Shown piece after piece: positions 9,128 through 17,106 of a DNA stretch of 29,776 bases. Origin of the DNA: Candidatus Poribacteria bacterium (GTDB lineage: Bacteria; Poribacteria; DTPJ01; WJIO01); NCBI GenBank assembly GCA_014730235.1, contig WJIO01000186.1:1-29776 (forward strand), in the 5' to 3' direction. Numbering within the stretch: position 1 is the stretch's first letter; the number at the start of each line of letters is the position of its first letter. A program made the position numbers and the translations under genes. The notes under the pieces were generated by a model. That model saw nothing but the letters and a program-made list of their open reading frames with translations, was not told the origin of the DNA and made no database searches.

Positions 9128-9919
9128 TTAAAGCTCCTCTAAATTTCTGATTATATAATTCGGTCTTATACCTGTCTTCTCTATATCTTTTTCAGTGCTC
9201 ATTCCTGTAAGAACCAAAGCCGAATCCATACCAAAATCTATAGCACCTTTAATATCAGTTGTAAGCATATCCCCAACCATCAAGATCTTAGATTTTACCA
9301 TATTCATTCTTTCCATTGCCATAACATACATTTCCGGATAAGGTTTACCCATAAGCAGTGCCTCGGTACTGCTGGCTGATTCGATGAAGGCTATTATGGA
9401 ACCAGTACCGGCTTCGATTTCACCGTTTTCTACTGGTCTGGCAAAATCTGGATTTGTGCCTATAAAGGTTGCACCATAAGTAGCGATAGCATTAGCGGCT
9501 CTGCTTCCCATTTCCCAGTTAAATTTCTTATAAAATCCCACAACGACATAATCGGCTTCCCTGTGATATTTAATATCCAGTACCTTCATACCAATTTCCC
9601 GGATAAGCTGTTTGACTGATTCTTCAGATATACAAAACACCTTATTTTTTTCAGGTTTAATTTTTAACTGTTTCTTCAGATAATTTGCAGCAACATTTCC
9701 CGCTGTGATTATGTCGGTTTCATTGACAGTTTCAACCCCAATACGAAGCAGAATAGATTGATACTCTCCGGGTAATTTTGCCGAGTTATTGGTTATAAAC
9801 ATGGTTTTTCGGCCTTCGGACTTCAGTTTATTTATTATTTTAATGGCAGATTCTATAGGTTTATCCCCCCTGTATACCACCCCATCCATATCAAATATAT
9901 AGCCTTCATATGATTTCAT
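9128..9919 (-). CDS. HAD-superfamily subfamily IIA hydrolase (NagD/sugar-phosphatase-like). The start is re-assigned to an internal ATG.
   Basis: Motif I is IFDMDGVVYRG, and the layout is HAD-IIA. The track start at 9964 is a GTG inside a 15-bp tandem duplication. The ATG at 9917-9919 is preceded by GGAGGAAAT, a strong SD, and gives the family-typical MKSYEGYIFDMDG N-terminus. Confidence 0.75.
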   Translation of the reverse strand: MKSYEGYIFDMDGVVYRGDKPIESAIKIINKLKSEGRKTMFITNNSAKLPGEYQSILLRIGVETVNETDIITAGNVAANYLKKQLKIKPEKNKVFCISEESVKQLIREIGMKVLDIKYHREADYVVVGFYKKFNWEMGSRAANAIATYGATFIGTNPDFARPVENGEIEAGTGSIIAFIESASSTEALLMGKPYPEMYVMAMERMNMVKSKILMVGDMLTTDIKGAIDFGMDSALVLTGMSTEKDIEKTGIRPNYIIRNLEEL

Positions 9920-9945
9920 ACCGTAATTTCCTCCAGCCTTTTTCT

Positions 9946-9975
9946 TCACCTGTATTGATTTCACCTGTATTGATT
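9946..9975. repeat. Exact 15-bp tandem duplication (TCACCTGTATTGATT x2) in the HAD 5' leader
   Basis: Direct reading shows identical units at 9946-9960 and 9961-9975. Confidence 0.9.
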
Positions 9976-10088
9976 TATATCCCTAATCTATACTGATCAG
10001 GATATTATAATAAGATACTTAAAGTCAAGTTATTTTCCCTGAAGGTGATCGTTGAAAGGGGAATATATGCTTACTTTTTTCCATTATC

Positions 10089-10248
10089 GTAATTGTTAAA
10101 AAATAGATGGCTCTTCCGGGTTCAGTGTGTTAAAGATAAGAAACTTCTTTATGCTGTCATTCCTGCTTTCGCAGGAATAACAAATTCTGTAGTTAAGCAT
10201 AGAATAAAGCGATTGTTATAAACATAAATTACATTTTTTAACGATTAC
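10089..10248. repeat. ~160-bp intergenic element with terminal inverted repeats (GTAATTGTTAAAAAAT / ATTTTTTAACGATTAC) centred on an ATTCCT-N8-AGGAAT palindrome. It is MITE-like or a regulatory module. Copy 1 of 2.
   Basis: The arms at 10089-10104 and 10233-10248 are 15/16 reverse-complementary. The palindrome at 10159-10178 (ATTCCTGCTTTCGCAGGAAT) is equidistant from both arms, about 64 bp each. A related element is at 26221-26432. Confidence 0.6.
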
Positions 10249-10396
10249 ATTATCAGACTTAACTCTGAAGAAACAAATTTTTTCGTTATATCTCGTTAAA
10301 ATTTTCATTCATTTGGTCAAAAAAAGTAAGCTATATTTAATGCTTATTCGTTATGATTACAAATGAAAACTACATGAATAAAAGGCTTGAAAAGCA

Positions 10397-10425
10397 TTGA
10401 CAAAAACCATGCCAGATGCTATACT
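10397..10425 (+). promoter_or_regulatory. Consensus sigma70 promoter for the LolA-like gene
   Basis: The -35 is TTGACA (10397-10402), the spacer is 17 bp, and the -10 is TATACT (10420-10425). An AGGAGA SD follows at 10442-10447, with the ATG at 10453. Confidence 0.6.
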
Positions 10426-10452
10426 CGTTTTTAGAGATATAAGGAGATAATT

Positions 10453-11154
10453 ATGAAAACAATTCATTTAGAGATAATTGGAATTATTTGTATCTGTTTG
10501 GTATTTTTTATAATAAATACAGCTACTGCTGCGAGTGTTAAAGAGATAGTCCAAGGGTTCAGGGAAAAATATAAAGAGACCAAAAATTTCAACGCAGAAT
10601 TTACTGAAACTACTGTCATTGCAGGACAAAGGCGCGTTTCAAAGGGATTTGTCAACTTTCAGAAACCTAACTTACTTCGGAAAGATACAAGAGATCCCAA
10701 TAACATGGACAAAACCATACAATTGATCGTCTCTGATGGTGGGACAATATGGGCTTATACACCTATGATTAAACAAGTTACAAAACAAGAGCTAACACAG
10801 AACTCAGATATGGCGGAACTTATGCCTGGGTTTGGTCACTCTCTGGAAAATATTGAAGATAACTATAATATAAAATTTGTTGAAGATAAAGAAGCAGAAA
10901 AACAGGAGATTCACGCTATTGAATTGAAGCCAAAGCTGGACGGCGGCGCGAAAGCATCTTTTGATTACATGCAGGTCTGGATAAGGGATAAAGACCTGAT
11001 TCCCGTTCAGTTTATGTATGAAGATAAAAAGAATCAAATGGTATTTGTCCTTTCGTTTAAAGACATCAAGATAAATCAGAAGTTGGATGAATCTACTTTT
11101 AAATTTGATTTACCTGATGGTGTTCAGGTGATCTCTGTGCCTAAACGGCAATAG
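10453..11154 (+). CDS. LolA-like outer-membrane lipoprotein carrier / lipoprotein-sorting family protein
   Basis: 233 aa with a signal peptide (MKTIHLEIIGIICICLVFFIINTATAAS). The LolA-like core is QGFREKYKETKNFNAEFTETTVIAGQRRVSKGFVNFQKPNLLRKDT. Confidence 0.7.
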   Translation: MKTIHLEIIGIICICLVFFIINTATAASVKEIVQGFREKYKETKNFNAEFTETTVIAGQRRVSKGFVNFQKPNLLRKDTRDPNNMDKTIQLIVSDGGTIWAYTPMIKQVTKQELTQNSDMAELMPGFGHSLENIEDNYNIKFVEDKEAEKQEIHAIELKPKLDGGAKASFDYMQVWIRDKDLIPVQFMYEDKKNQMVFVLSFKDIKINQKLDESTFKFDLPDGVQVISVPKRQ

Positions 11155-11167
11155 GTGGTATTATTCT

Positions 11168-11557
11168 ATGGCGTCAATAGGTGAACAACTTAAAGCGGCA
11201 CGTATGGCTAAAGAAAAATCACTGGACGAAGTATCAAACGATACTAAGATAAGCAAAAAGTACCTTGAAGCTCTGGAAGCTGATGATTATAATGTTTTTC
11301 CCGCTCCCATATATGCAAAAGGCTCTTTAAAGGCTTATGCAAATTATGTTGCTCTGGATTACGAAGCTTTGGATCGTGAGTATAAAAAACTTACGGGTTT
11401 AAGTAAACTTGCCAGCGGCGATAGTAATGACAGCGTTGAAAATAAGGCTGAAACGAAATCTTCCAACAATTCTAGTAAAATTATTATACCTATCGCTACT
11501 ATTGTTCTTATTATCGTTGTTGCGGCAATATATTATTATTTCTTTTATGGAAAGTAG
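11168..11557 (+). CDS. RodZ-like protein: a cytoskeleton-associated HTH (HTH_25) N-terminal domain plus a C-terminal TM anchor
   Basis: 129 aa. It begins GEQLKAARMAKEKSLDEVSNDTKISKKYLEALE...YAKGSLKAYANYV. The C-terminal hydrophobic helix is IIIPIATIVLIIVVAAIYYYFF. Its position upstream of pgsA-cinA matches the Bacillus ymfM(rodZ)-pgsA-cinA synteny. Confidence 0.65.
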   Translation: MASIGEQLKAARMAKEKSLDEVSNDTKISKKYLEALEADDYNVFPAPIYAKGSLKAYANYVALDYEALDREYKKLTGLSKLASGDSNDSVENKAETKSSNNSSKIIIPIATIVLIIVVAAIYYYFFYGK

Positions 11558-11644
11558 TTTAAAATATATTTTGTCCATTGAATCCCATTAATATCCCTAT
11601 TAAACCCGAAAGAAATAGAATTCATTTATTGGAGTATCTTTGCC

Positions 11645-12973
11645 TTGAATAAAAAAGTAGGTATTATAAGTCTTGGATGTAATAAAAATCTGGTTGATAC
11701 AGAGGTTATGCTGGGTTTATTAAGGGAAGAAGGATATGAAATTACCCCGGATGAAAATGTAGCTGATATTCTCATAATAAACACCTGTGCATTTATTGAT
11801 ACAGCCAGGGATGAATCAATGGAAGTTATTCATAATCTTATTGATTCTAATGGTAAAGGTGAACGTAAAATCATAGTAACCGGCTGTCTTGCCCAACGAT
11901 ATGGTGAAGAACTTGCAGAAGAATTAAAAGGTGATATACATGCCCTGGTAGGTGTTGGTAATTTCCAGAATATAGTGGATGTATGCAAATATATTCTGAA
12001 GAGCGATAAAACCATCATTCAAATATCTCCTACTCCCGCCTATATATATGACCACAGTGTTCCAAGACTGAGAACAACTCCGCCACATCTGGCTTATGTG
12101 AAAATATCGGAGGGCTGTAATAACCGATGCTCTTATTGTATTATTCCGCAATTACGCGGACCGTATCGCAGCAGGAGTATTGATTCTATACTGGCAGAAG
12201 TTGCTGTATTGTCAGAATTCGGAGTTAAAGAGATAAATCTCATCGGACAGGATACTACATGTTATGGTCGAGATTTGAATGATGGAAGTAATTTAGTAGT
12301 TTTGCTGAAGGAATTGGTTAATGTTCCTAAAACTCACTGGATCAGATTTATGTATGGCCATCCAAATCATATAGACGACGAACTCCTGGAATTGGTTGCA
12401 AAAGAAGAAAAAATCTGCTCTTATATAGATATACCTATTCAGCATATCCACGATGATATACTAAAAAGAATGGCAAGAAGAACAACACAAAAGCAGATAT
12501 TTCAATTGATAGATAAAATTCGGAATACTATACCGTATGTAACTTTAAGAACTTCCCTAATTGTAGGCTTTCCCGGTGAAAATGATGTTCACTTCAAAGC
12601 TTTAATAGATTTTGTTGAGCAGGCCCAATTCGATCATCTGGGTGTATTTGCCTATTCAAGGGAAAAGAATACAAAAGCTTATGATCTTGATGAGCAAGTT
12701 CCAGAATCAATAAAGCAGGAACGCCTTAGTCAGATAGCCAGTTTGCACCAAAGTATAGCAGATAAAAAGCGCAGAGCATTAATAGGCAGGAGAACAAAGG
12801 TGATTGTGGATGATATACTACCTCAGGCAAAAGGTAGAACTCAAGGTCAGGCTCCTGAAGTTGATGATATAACCTATATTACCAAAAGCGATAGTTGCGA
12901 ACCTGGTGATATAGTGGATATAGAAATAATAGACACTTATGAAATCTATGATTTAATTGGAAGATTAATATAA
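11645..12973 (+). CDS. rimO: Ribosomal protein S12 methylthiotransferase RimO (radical-SAM MiaB family)
   Basis: 442 aa. It has the MTTase N-domain (VGIISLGCNKNLVDTE), a radical-SAM CxxxCxxC (EGCNNRCSYC), and a TRAM C-terminus. A TTG start is preceded by GGAG. Confidence 0.85.
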   Translation: MNKKVGIISLGCNKNLVDTEVMLGLLREEGYEITPDENVADILIINTCAFIDTARDESMEVIHNLIDSNGKGERKIIVTGCLAQRYGEELAEELKGDIHALVGVGNFQNIVDVCKYILKSDKTIIQISPTPAYIYDHSVPRLRTTPPHLAYVKISEGCNNRCSYCIIPQLRGPYRSRSIDSILAEVAVLSEFGVKEINLIGQDTTCYGRDLNDGSNLVVLLKELVNVPKTHWIRFMYGHPNHIDDELLELVAKEEKICSYIDIPIQHIHDDILKRMARRTTQKQIFQLIDKIRNTIPYVTLRTSLIVGFPGENDVHFKALIDFVEQAQFDHLGVFAYSREKNTKAYDLDEQVPESIKQERLSQIASLHQSIADKKRRALIGRRTKVIVDDILPQAKGRTQGQAPEVDDITYITKSDSCEPGDIVDIEIIDTYEIYDLIGRLI

Positions 12974-13572
12974 TGAAAATACGAACAATACCAAATTATC
13001 TTACTATATTCAGAATGTTTTTAACCCCTGTTTTCATATTATTATATCAATATGTAGGTGCTTTCTTCAGCTTACTGGCCTTTTCTGTTGCAGCTATAAC
13101 GGATATGTTGGATGGAAAAATAGCTCGAAAGACTGGTATGATTACGGATTTTGGAAAATTCATGGATCCTCTGGCTGATAAGCTCCTGGTAGGCGCTGCC
13201 TTAATTGCGTTTCTCAGCCTTGGACCGAAACTTATCACCACATGGATGGTTTTGATTATCATGATCCGGGAAGTTACTATTACTATTCTACGCACTATTG
13301 CAGCGCGAAAAGGAAATGTAATAGCAGCAACGCGACTTGGTAAATATAAGGCATCATCCCAGATGTATTCCATTGTTATCGCCCTTTTGCTTTTAAGTAT
13401 TCATGACCTAAGAAATAGATTTTTTGCCGATAGATGGCATTTTTTAACCAAGATTCATGATCATAATGGCCCTATATATTATCTTATGTTTATTCCTGTG
13501 GTTCTTACTTTAATATCAGGTTTAGAATTTATTTATATTAACCGTAAGGTAATCAAGGAGATAGTGGTTTAA
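12973..13572 (+). CDS. pgsA: CDP-diacylglycerol--glycerol-3-phosphate 3-phosphatidyltransferase
   Basis: 199 aa. The CDP-alcohol phosphatidyltransferase motif is DMLDGKIARKTGMITDFGKFMDPLADKL. It is TAATG-coupled to rimO. Confidence 0.85.
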   Translation: MKIRTIPNYLTIFRMFLTPVFILLYQYVGAFFSLLAFSVAAITDMLDGKIARKTGMITDFGKFMDPLADKLLVGAALIAFLSLGPKLITTWMVLIIMIREVTITILRTIAARKGNVIAATRLGKYKASSQMYSIVIALLLLSIHDLRNRFFADRWHFLTKIHDHNGPIYYLMFIPVVLTLISGLEFIYINRKVIKEIVV

Positions 13573-13632
13573 TCTATATATTACTCACTTAAGGAAATGT
13601 GGGAATAATTTGAAAGTCTTCTAAGCATTGCT

Positions 13633-13652
13633 ATTCCTAACTTCATAGGAAT
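13633..13652. promoter_or_regulatory. ATTCCT-N8-AGGAAT palindrome (site B) with AGGAATAACA 3' extension, identical in half-sites and spacing to site A
   Basis: The sequence is ATTCCTAACTTCATAGGAAT. It lies about 200 bp upstream of cinA. Confidence 0.45.
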
Positions 13653-13850
13653 AACAGTATATAGAAATCTCTTGTGATTACCAAAATTAATTCTGAATAT
13701 CCAAAAAATTTTGAAGAAAATTTGTTGATCAAAACCTCACAAAATCACTTATAAAAGCAGAATTTAGAAAGCCTTTTCTTAAAATTCCCTTTAGTTACTA
13801 TACTTTCACAGTTTTAAAACTATTTATAATGTAATTCAGGAAAAGATTAA

Positions 13851-15092
13851 ATGCGCGGTGAACTTATTTTTGTAGGAACTGAGTTGCTCCTAGGGCAGAT
13901 AGTAAATACCAACGCCGCATATCTTGGTGAAAATCTGGCCAGGTTGGGCGTTGATCTTTATTACAGTAGTGTTATCGGGGATAATCTGGAACGTATTAAG
14001 AATACTACACAGACAGCTTTAAGCAGATCTGAATTGGTTATAATTACCGGCGGATTGGGACCGACATTTGACGATATAACCCGAGAGGGCATCGCTACGG
14101 CCATAAACCGAGAGCTTGTATATGATCCTGAGGTTATGGCCCAGATAGAAGCCCATTTTAACCGGGTTAAATATAATATACTCCCTATGCACCGACGACA
14201 GGCCTATGTATTTAAAACCGGTTGTCAGGTTGTTCCAAATCCTGTTGGTTCTGCCCCTGGACTTATAATCGAAGTAGATGGCAAGTGGATTATTGCTATG
14301 CCAGGAGTTCCCAGGGAAATGGAGCGGATGTGCAACGATACCATATTTCCCTGGATAACGAAAAGGGCCGGCAAGGGAATTATCAAATCAAGGGTGCTTA
14401 AAGTATGTGGAATGGGTGAATCCACAGTGGCCGATGCACTGAATGAAATAGTAGAACCCCTGACAAATCCCACTATTGCATTTTTAGCCCGACCTAACGA
14501 AGTATCCGTAAGAATAACGGCCAAAGCTAACGATAGCGATGAAGCAGACAGGATGATAGCTGTTGTCGCCGATCAGATAAGAACTAAGCTGGAGGATAAT
14601 GTTTTTAGTGAAGACAACCAGACAATGGAAGAGGTTATCGGATGCCTGCTGGTTAAAAATTTAGAAACCCTCGCCATTGCAGAATCCTGTACCGGCGGTT
14701 TAGTTTCTGACCGAATAACTGACATATCCGGTAGTTCCAGATACTTTCAGGGTTCTGTAATAGCTTATAGCAACAATGTAAAGTCTCAGCTTCTTAATGT
14801 TTCAGAAAGCGATCTAGAACAATACGGTGCAGTAAGTTCAACAGTTGCTTTACAGATGGCTAAGGGTGTCAGGAAACTATTGAATACAGATTACGGTCTG
14901 GGAATAACGGGTATTGCAGGACCGACTGGCGAAACTCCTGACAAACCTGTGGGTCTTGTATATATTGCTGTTGCATCAGATAAAAGGAATAATGCAAGGG
15001 AATTCAGGTTTCTTGGTGAGAGAACAACTATAAAGCGCAGGGCATCTCAGATGGCCCTGGATATGCTGAGAAGAGAACTGCTGATTAAGTGA
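13851..15092 (+). CDS. cinA: CinA-family protein (competence/damage-inducible; NMN amidohydrolase PncC-type C-terminal domain)
   Basis: 413 aa. The MoCF-type N-domain MRGELIFVGTELLLGQIVNTNAAYLG plus the CinA C-domain. Confidence 0.9.
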   Translation: MRGELIFVGTELLLGQIVNTNAAYLGENLARLGVDLYYSSVIGDNLERIKNTTQTALSRSELVIITGGLGPTFDDITREGIATAINRELVYDPEVMAQIEAHFNRVKYNILPMHRRQAYVFKTGCQVVPNPVGSAPGLIIEVDGKWIIAMPGVPREMERMCNDTIFPWITKRAGKGIIKSRVLKVCGMGESTVADALNEIVEPLTNPTIAFLARPNEVSVRITAKANDSDEADRMIAVVADQIRTKLEDNVFSEDNQTMEEVIGCLLVKNLETLAIAESCTGGLVSDRITDISGSSRYFQGSVIAYSNNVKSQLLNVSESDLEQYGAVSSTVALQMAKGVRKLLNTDYGLGITGIAGPTGETPDKPVGLVYIAVASDKRNNAREFRFLGERTTIKRRASQMALDMLRRELLIK

Positions 15093-15105
15093 AAAGGATT
15101 GTAAT

Positions 15106-16461
15106 ATGCTATTGATTGGATGTCTTACTGTGTTTGTAAGTTCTATGACGGGCAGTATATCGGATGAAAACATATTTGAATTGGGCATGTGTACCCACTT
15201 CAGTCAGGGAAAAGGGATCGTTGAATCAAATATTTACAGCATGAAAATGGCCGGAATTAGCTCTATCCGGGATGAATCCACATGGAAAGATGTGGAAAGG
15301 ACAAAAGACGTTCTTGAAATATCCGAGAGGATTGATAGATATATTGACCATGCCAATAAAGAGGGCATTGGGGTTATGATGATCCTTGATTATTCCAACC
15401 CTTTTTATGATGATGGTGACAGGCCAAAATCTCCAGAAGCTGTGGAAGGTTTTTGTCGATATTCAGAACATATAGTTAAACATTTTGGGGATAAAATCAA
15501 ATGGTATGAAATCTGGAATGAATGGGATATTCCCATTGGACTTCCACCAAAGCACCAGGAAAAGAACGGTGAACGAAACAGGGGTAAAGCGGAGGATTAT
15601 TTTAACCTTTTAAAAGCTGTATATCCAAGAATCAAGTCTGCCAATCCCGATGCAATAGTTCTGGGCGGATGTCCCACACCCGGAGCCGTCAGAAACGGAT
15701 GGCTTGAAAAGATTATGAAGTTGGGTGCAGTGGATTACTGCGATGCCATATCCATCCATACATATAACTACAGCGCAAAGGGCTTTGACAGGACGCCGGA
15801 AGCGTGGCAGGCATGGATGCTGGAAGTTCAGGCCATGCTACGTAAATATAATAACGATAATGATCCTGATTTTTACGTTACTGAAATGGGCTGGCCGACT
15901 CATGTGGACGAGAGGGGAACATCACCTGAGCTTTCCGCGTCATATTTGGCAAGACTTTATCTCCTGGCCCGGACAATGCCATCTTTTGAGGGCTTATGGT
16001 GGTATGATTTCCAGGATGATGGCTGGAAAGCTGAATATAACGAAAACAACTTTGGAATCATACGTCCTGATTTGACTCCCAAACCGGCTTATTATGTAAC
16101 ATGGGATATATCAGAACTGGTTAAACATGGTGAATATCTAGGCAGAATGAAGACTTCCGACGAGAATCTCTGGTTGCTGCAATTCAAGCTTGATGGTGAT
16201 AATATATGGGCTGTATGGTCAGGGGACGACCAGGAGCGACAGGTTATTTTTGAGACTAAAGATACGGGGATAGATCTGTCGGTTTTGCAAACAGGCCATA
16301 AGCATATGGATATGAAATGGGGCCACAGGGATTGGGTAGATAATAGAGGTCAGCCTTTGATGAAATCCCGGATGTCACTAACTGTTGGACATCGACCTTA
16401 TATTCTGAAAGGTGGATTGGGTAATATATCTGTAGTAGATATTATCCCGCGACCGAGATGA
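15106..16461 (+). CDS. Clan GH-A (TIM-barrel) glycoside hydrolase, GH5/GH39-like, with an N-terminal signal-like segment
   Basis: 451 aa. Strand-4 acid/base motif is WYEIWNEWD, and the strand-7 nucleophile context is YVTEMGWPT. The N-terminus is MLLIGCLTVFVSS. The family cannot be fixed by eye. Confidence 0.55.
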   Translation: MLLIGCLTVFVSSMTGSISDENIFELGMCTHFSQGKGIVESNIYSMKMAGISSIRDESTWKDVERTKDVLEISERIDRYIDHANKEGIGVMMILDYSNPFYDDGDRPKSPEAVEGFCRYSEHIVKHFGDKIKWYEIWNEWDIPIGLPPKHQEKNGERNRGKAEDYFNLLKAVYPRIKSANPDAIVLGGCPTPGAVRNGWLEKIMKLGAVDYCDAISIHTYNYSAKGFDRTPEAWQAWMLEVQAMLRKYNNDNDPDFYVTEMGWPTHVDERGTSPELSASYLARLYLLARTMPSFEGLWWYDFQDDGWKAEYNENNFGIIRPDLTPKPAYYVTWDISELVKHGEYLGRMKTSDENLWLLQFKLDGDNIWAVWSGDDQERQVIFETKDTGIDLSVLQTGHKHMDMKWGHRDWVDNRGQPLMKSRMSLTVGHRPYILKGGLGNISVVDIIPRPR

Positions 16462-17042
16462 AAAATAAGAAAAAAGAAACTATTAGAACATTTATTGCTA
16501 TAAAACTCCCAGAAAATATTCACAAGGTACTAAAACAACTTCAGGATGAGCTAAAAGAATCTATGCCTGATGTCAGATGGACTAAGTATGGAAATATTCA
16601 TTTGACACTTAAGTTTCTAGGTGATACCCCTGTTTCACAGGTGGATTTTATCGATGAGAAACTCAGGGAAATATCTGGTAAATTTTCATCTTTTAATATG
16701 ATTCTTGAAGGTGTTGGGGCCTTTCCAAATTCCCGTAAACCAAGAATAATATGGGCCGGGATAAATACAACGGATGAAACACTGGAAAATCTTGCAAAGC
16801 AAATAGAAAAAGAAATGGATAAGATAGGATTTCCAAAGGAAAAACGGAAATTCAAGCCGCACCTGACTATCGGCAGGATCAGAAAACTGAATAATCCAAC
16901 TGTAATGTCTAAAGTACTGGAAAATATTCAAATAAGGAAAATTGGTGAATTTACTGTTGAATCGGTTAGTTTTATTGAGAGTCAGCTTGATCCCGGTGGT
17001 TCTATATATACTACTTTATGTGATGCACCACTAAGCATTTAA
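16458..17042 (+). CDS. thpR: RNA 2',3'-cyclic phosphodiesterase (2H family, LigT/ThpR)
   Basis: 194 aa. The two H-x-T-x motifs are HLTLKFLG and HLTIGRI. It has an ATGA overlap with the GH gene. Confidence 0.85.
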   Translation: MKNKKKETIRTFIAIKLPENIHKVLKQLQDELKESMPDVRWTKYGNIHLTLKFLGDTPVSQVDFIDEKLREISGKFSSFNMILEGVGAFPNSRKPRIIWAGINTTDETLENLAKQIEKEMDKIGFPKEKRKFKPHLTIGRIRKLNNPTVMSKVLENIQIRKIGEFTVESVSFIESQLDPGGSIYTTLCDAPLSI

Positions 17043-17047
17043 AAGAT

Positions 17048-17081
17048 AACGGGGTTTTGAGTTTAACTCAAAACCCCGTTA
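17048..17081. terminator. Bidirectional intrinsic terminator between convergent thpR (+) and the cdc48-like gene (-)
   Basis: AACGGGGTTTTGAG-TTTA-ACTCAAAACCCCGTT: a perfect 13-14 bp stem with A/T-rich flanks on both sides. Confidence 0.8.
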
Positions 17082-17106
17082 ATCCACGCTTATTATACTA
17101 TCTTCC

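Noticed and set aside
13047-13373. 108-aa minus-strand ORF
   Set aside because: It is antisense within pgsA, which has the CDP-alcohol phosphatidyltransferase motif.
15725-16075. 116-aa plus-strand ORF in an alternative frame of the glycosidase gene
   Set aside because: It is an out-of-frame overlap inside a gene with clear GH-A catalytic motifs. The Arg/Trp-rich composition is typical of a frame-shifted reading.
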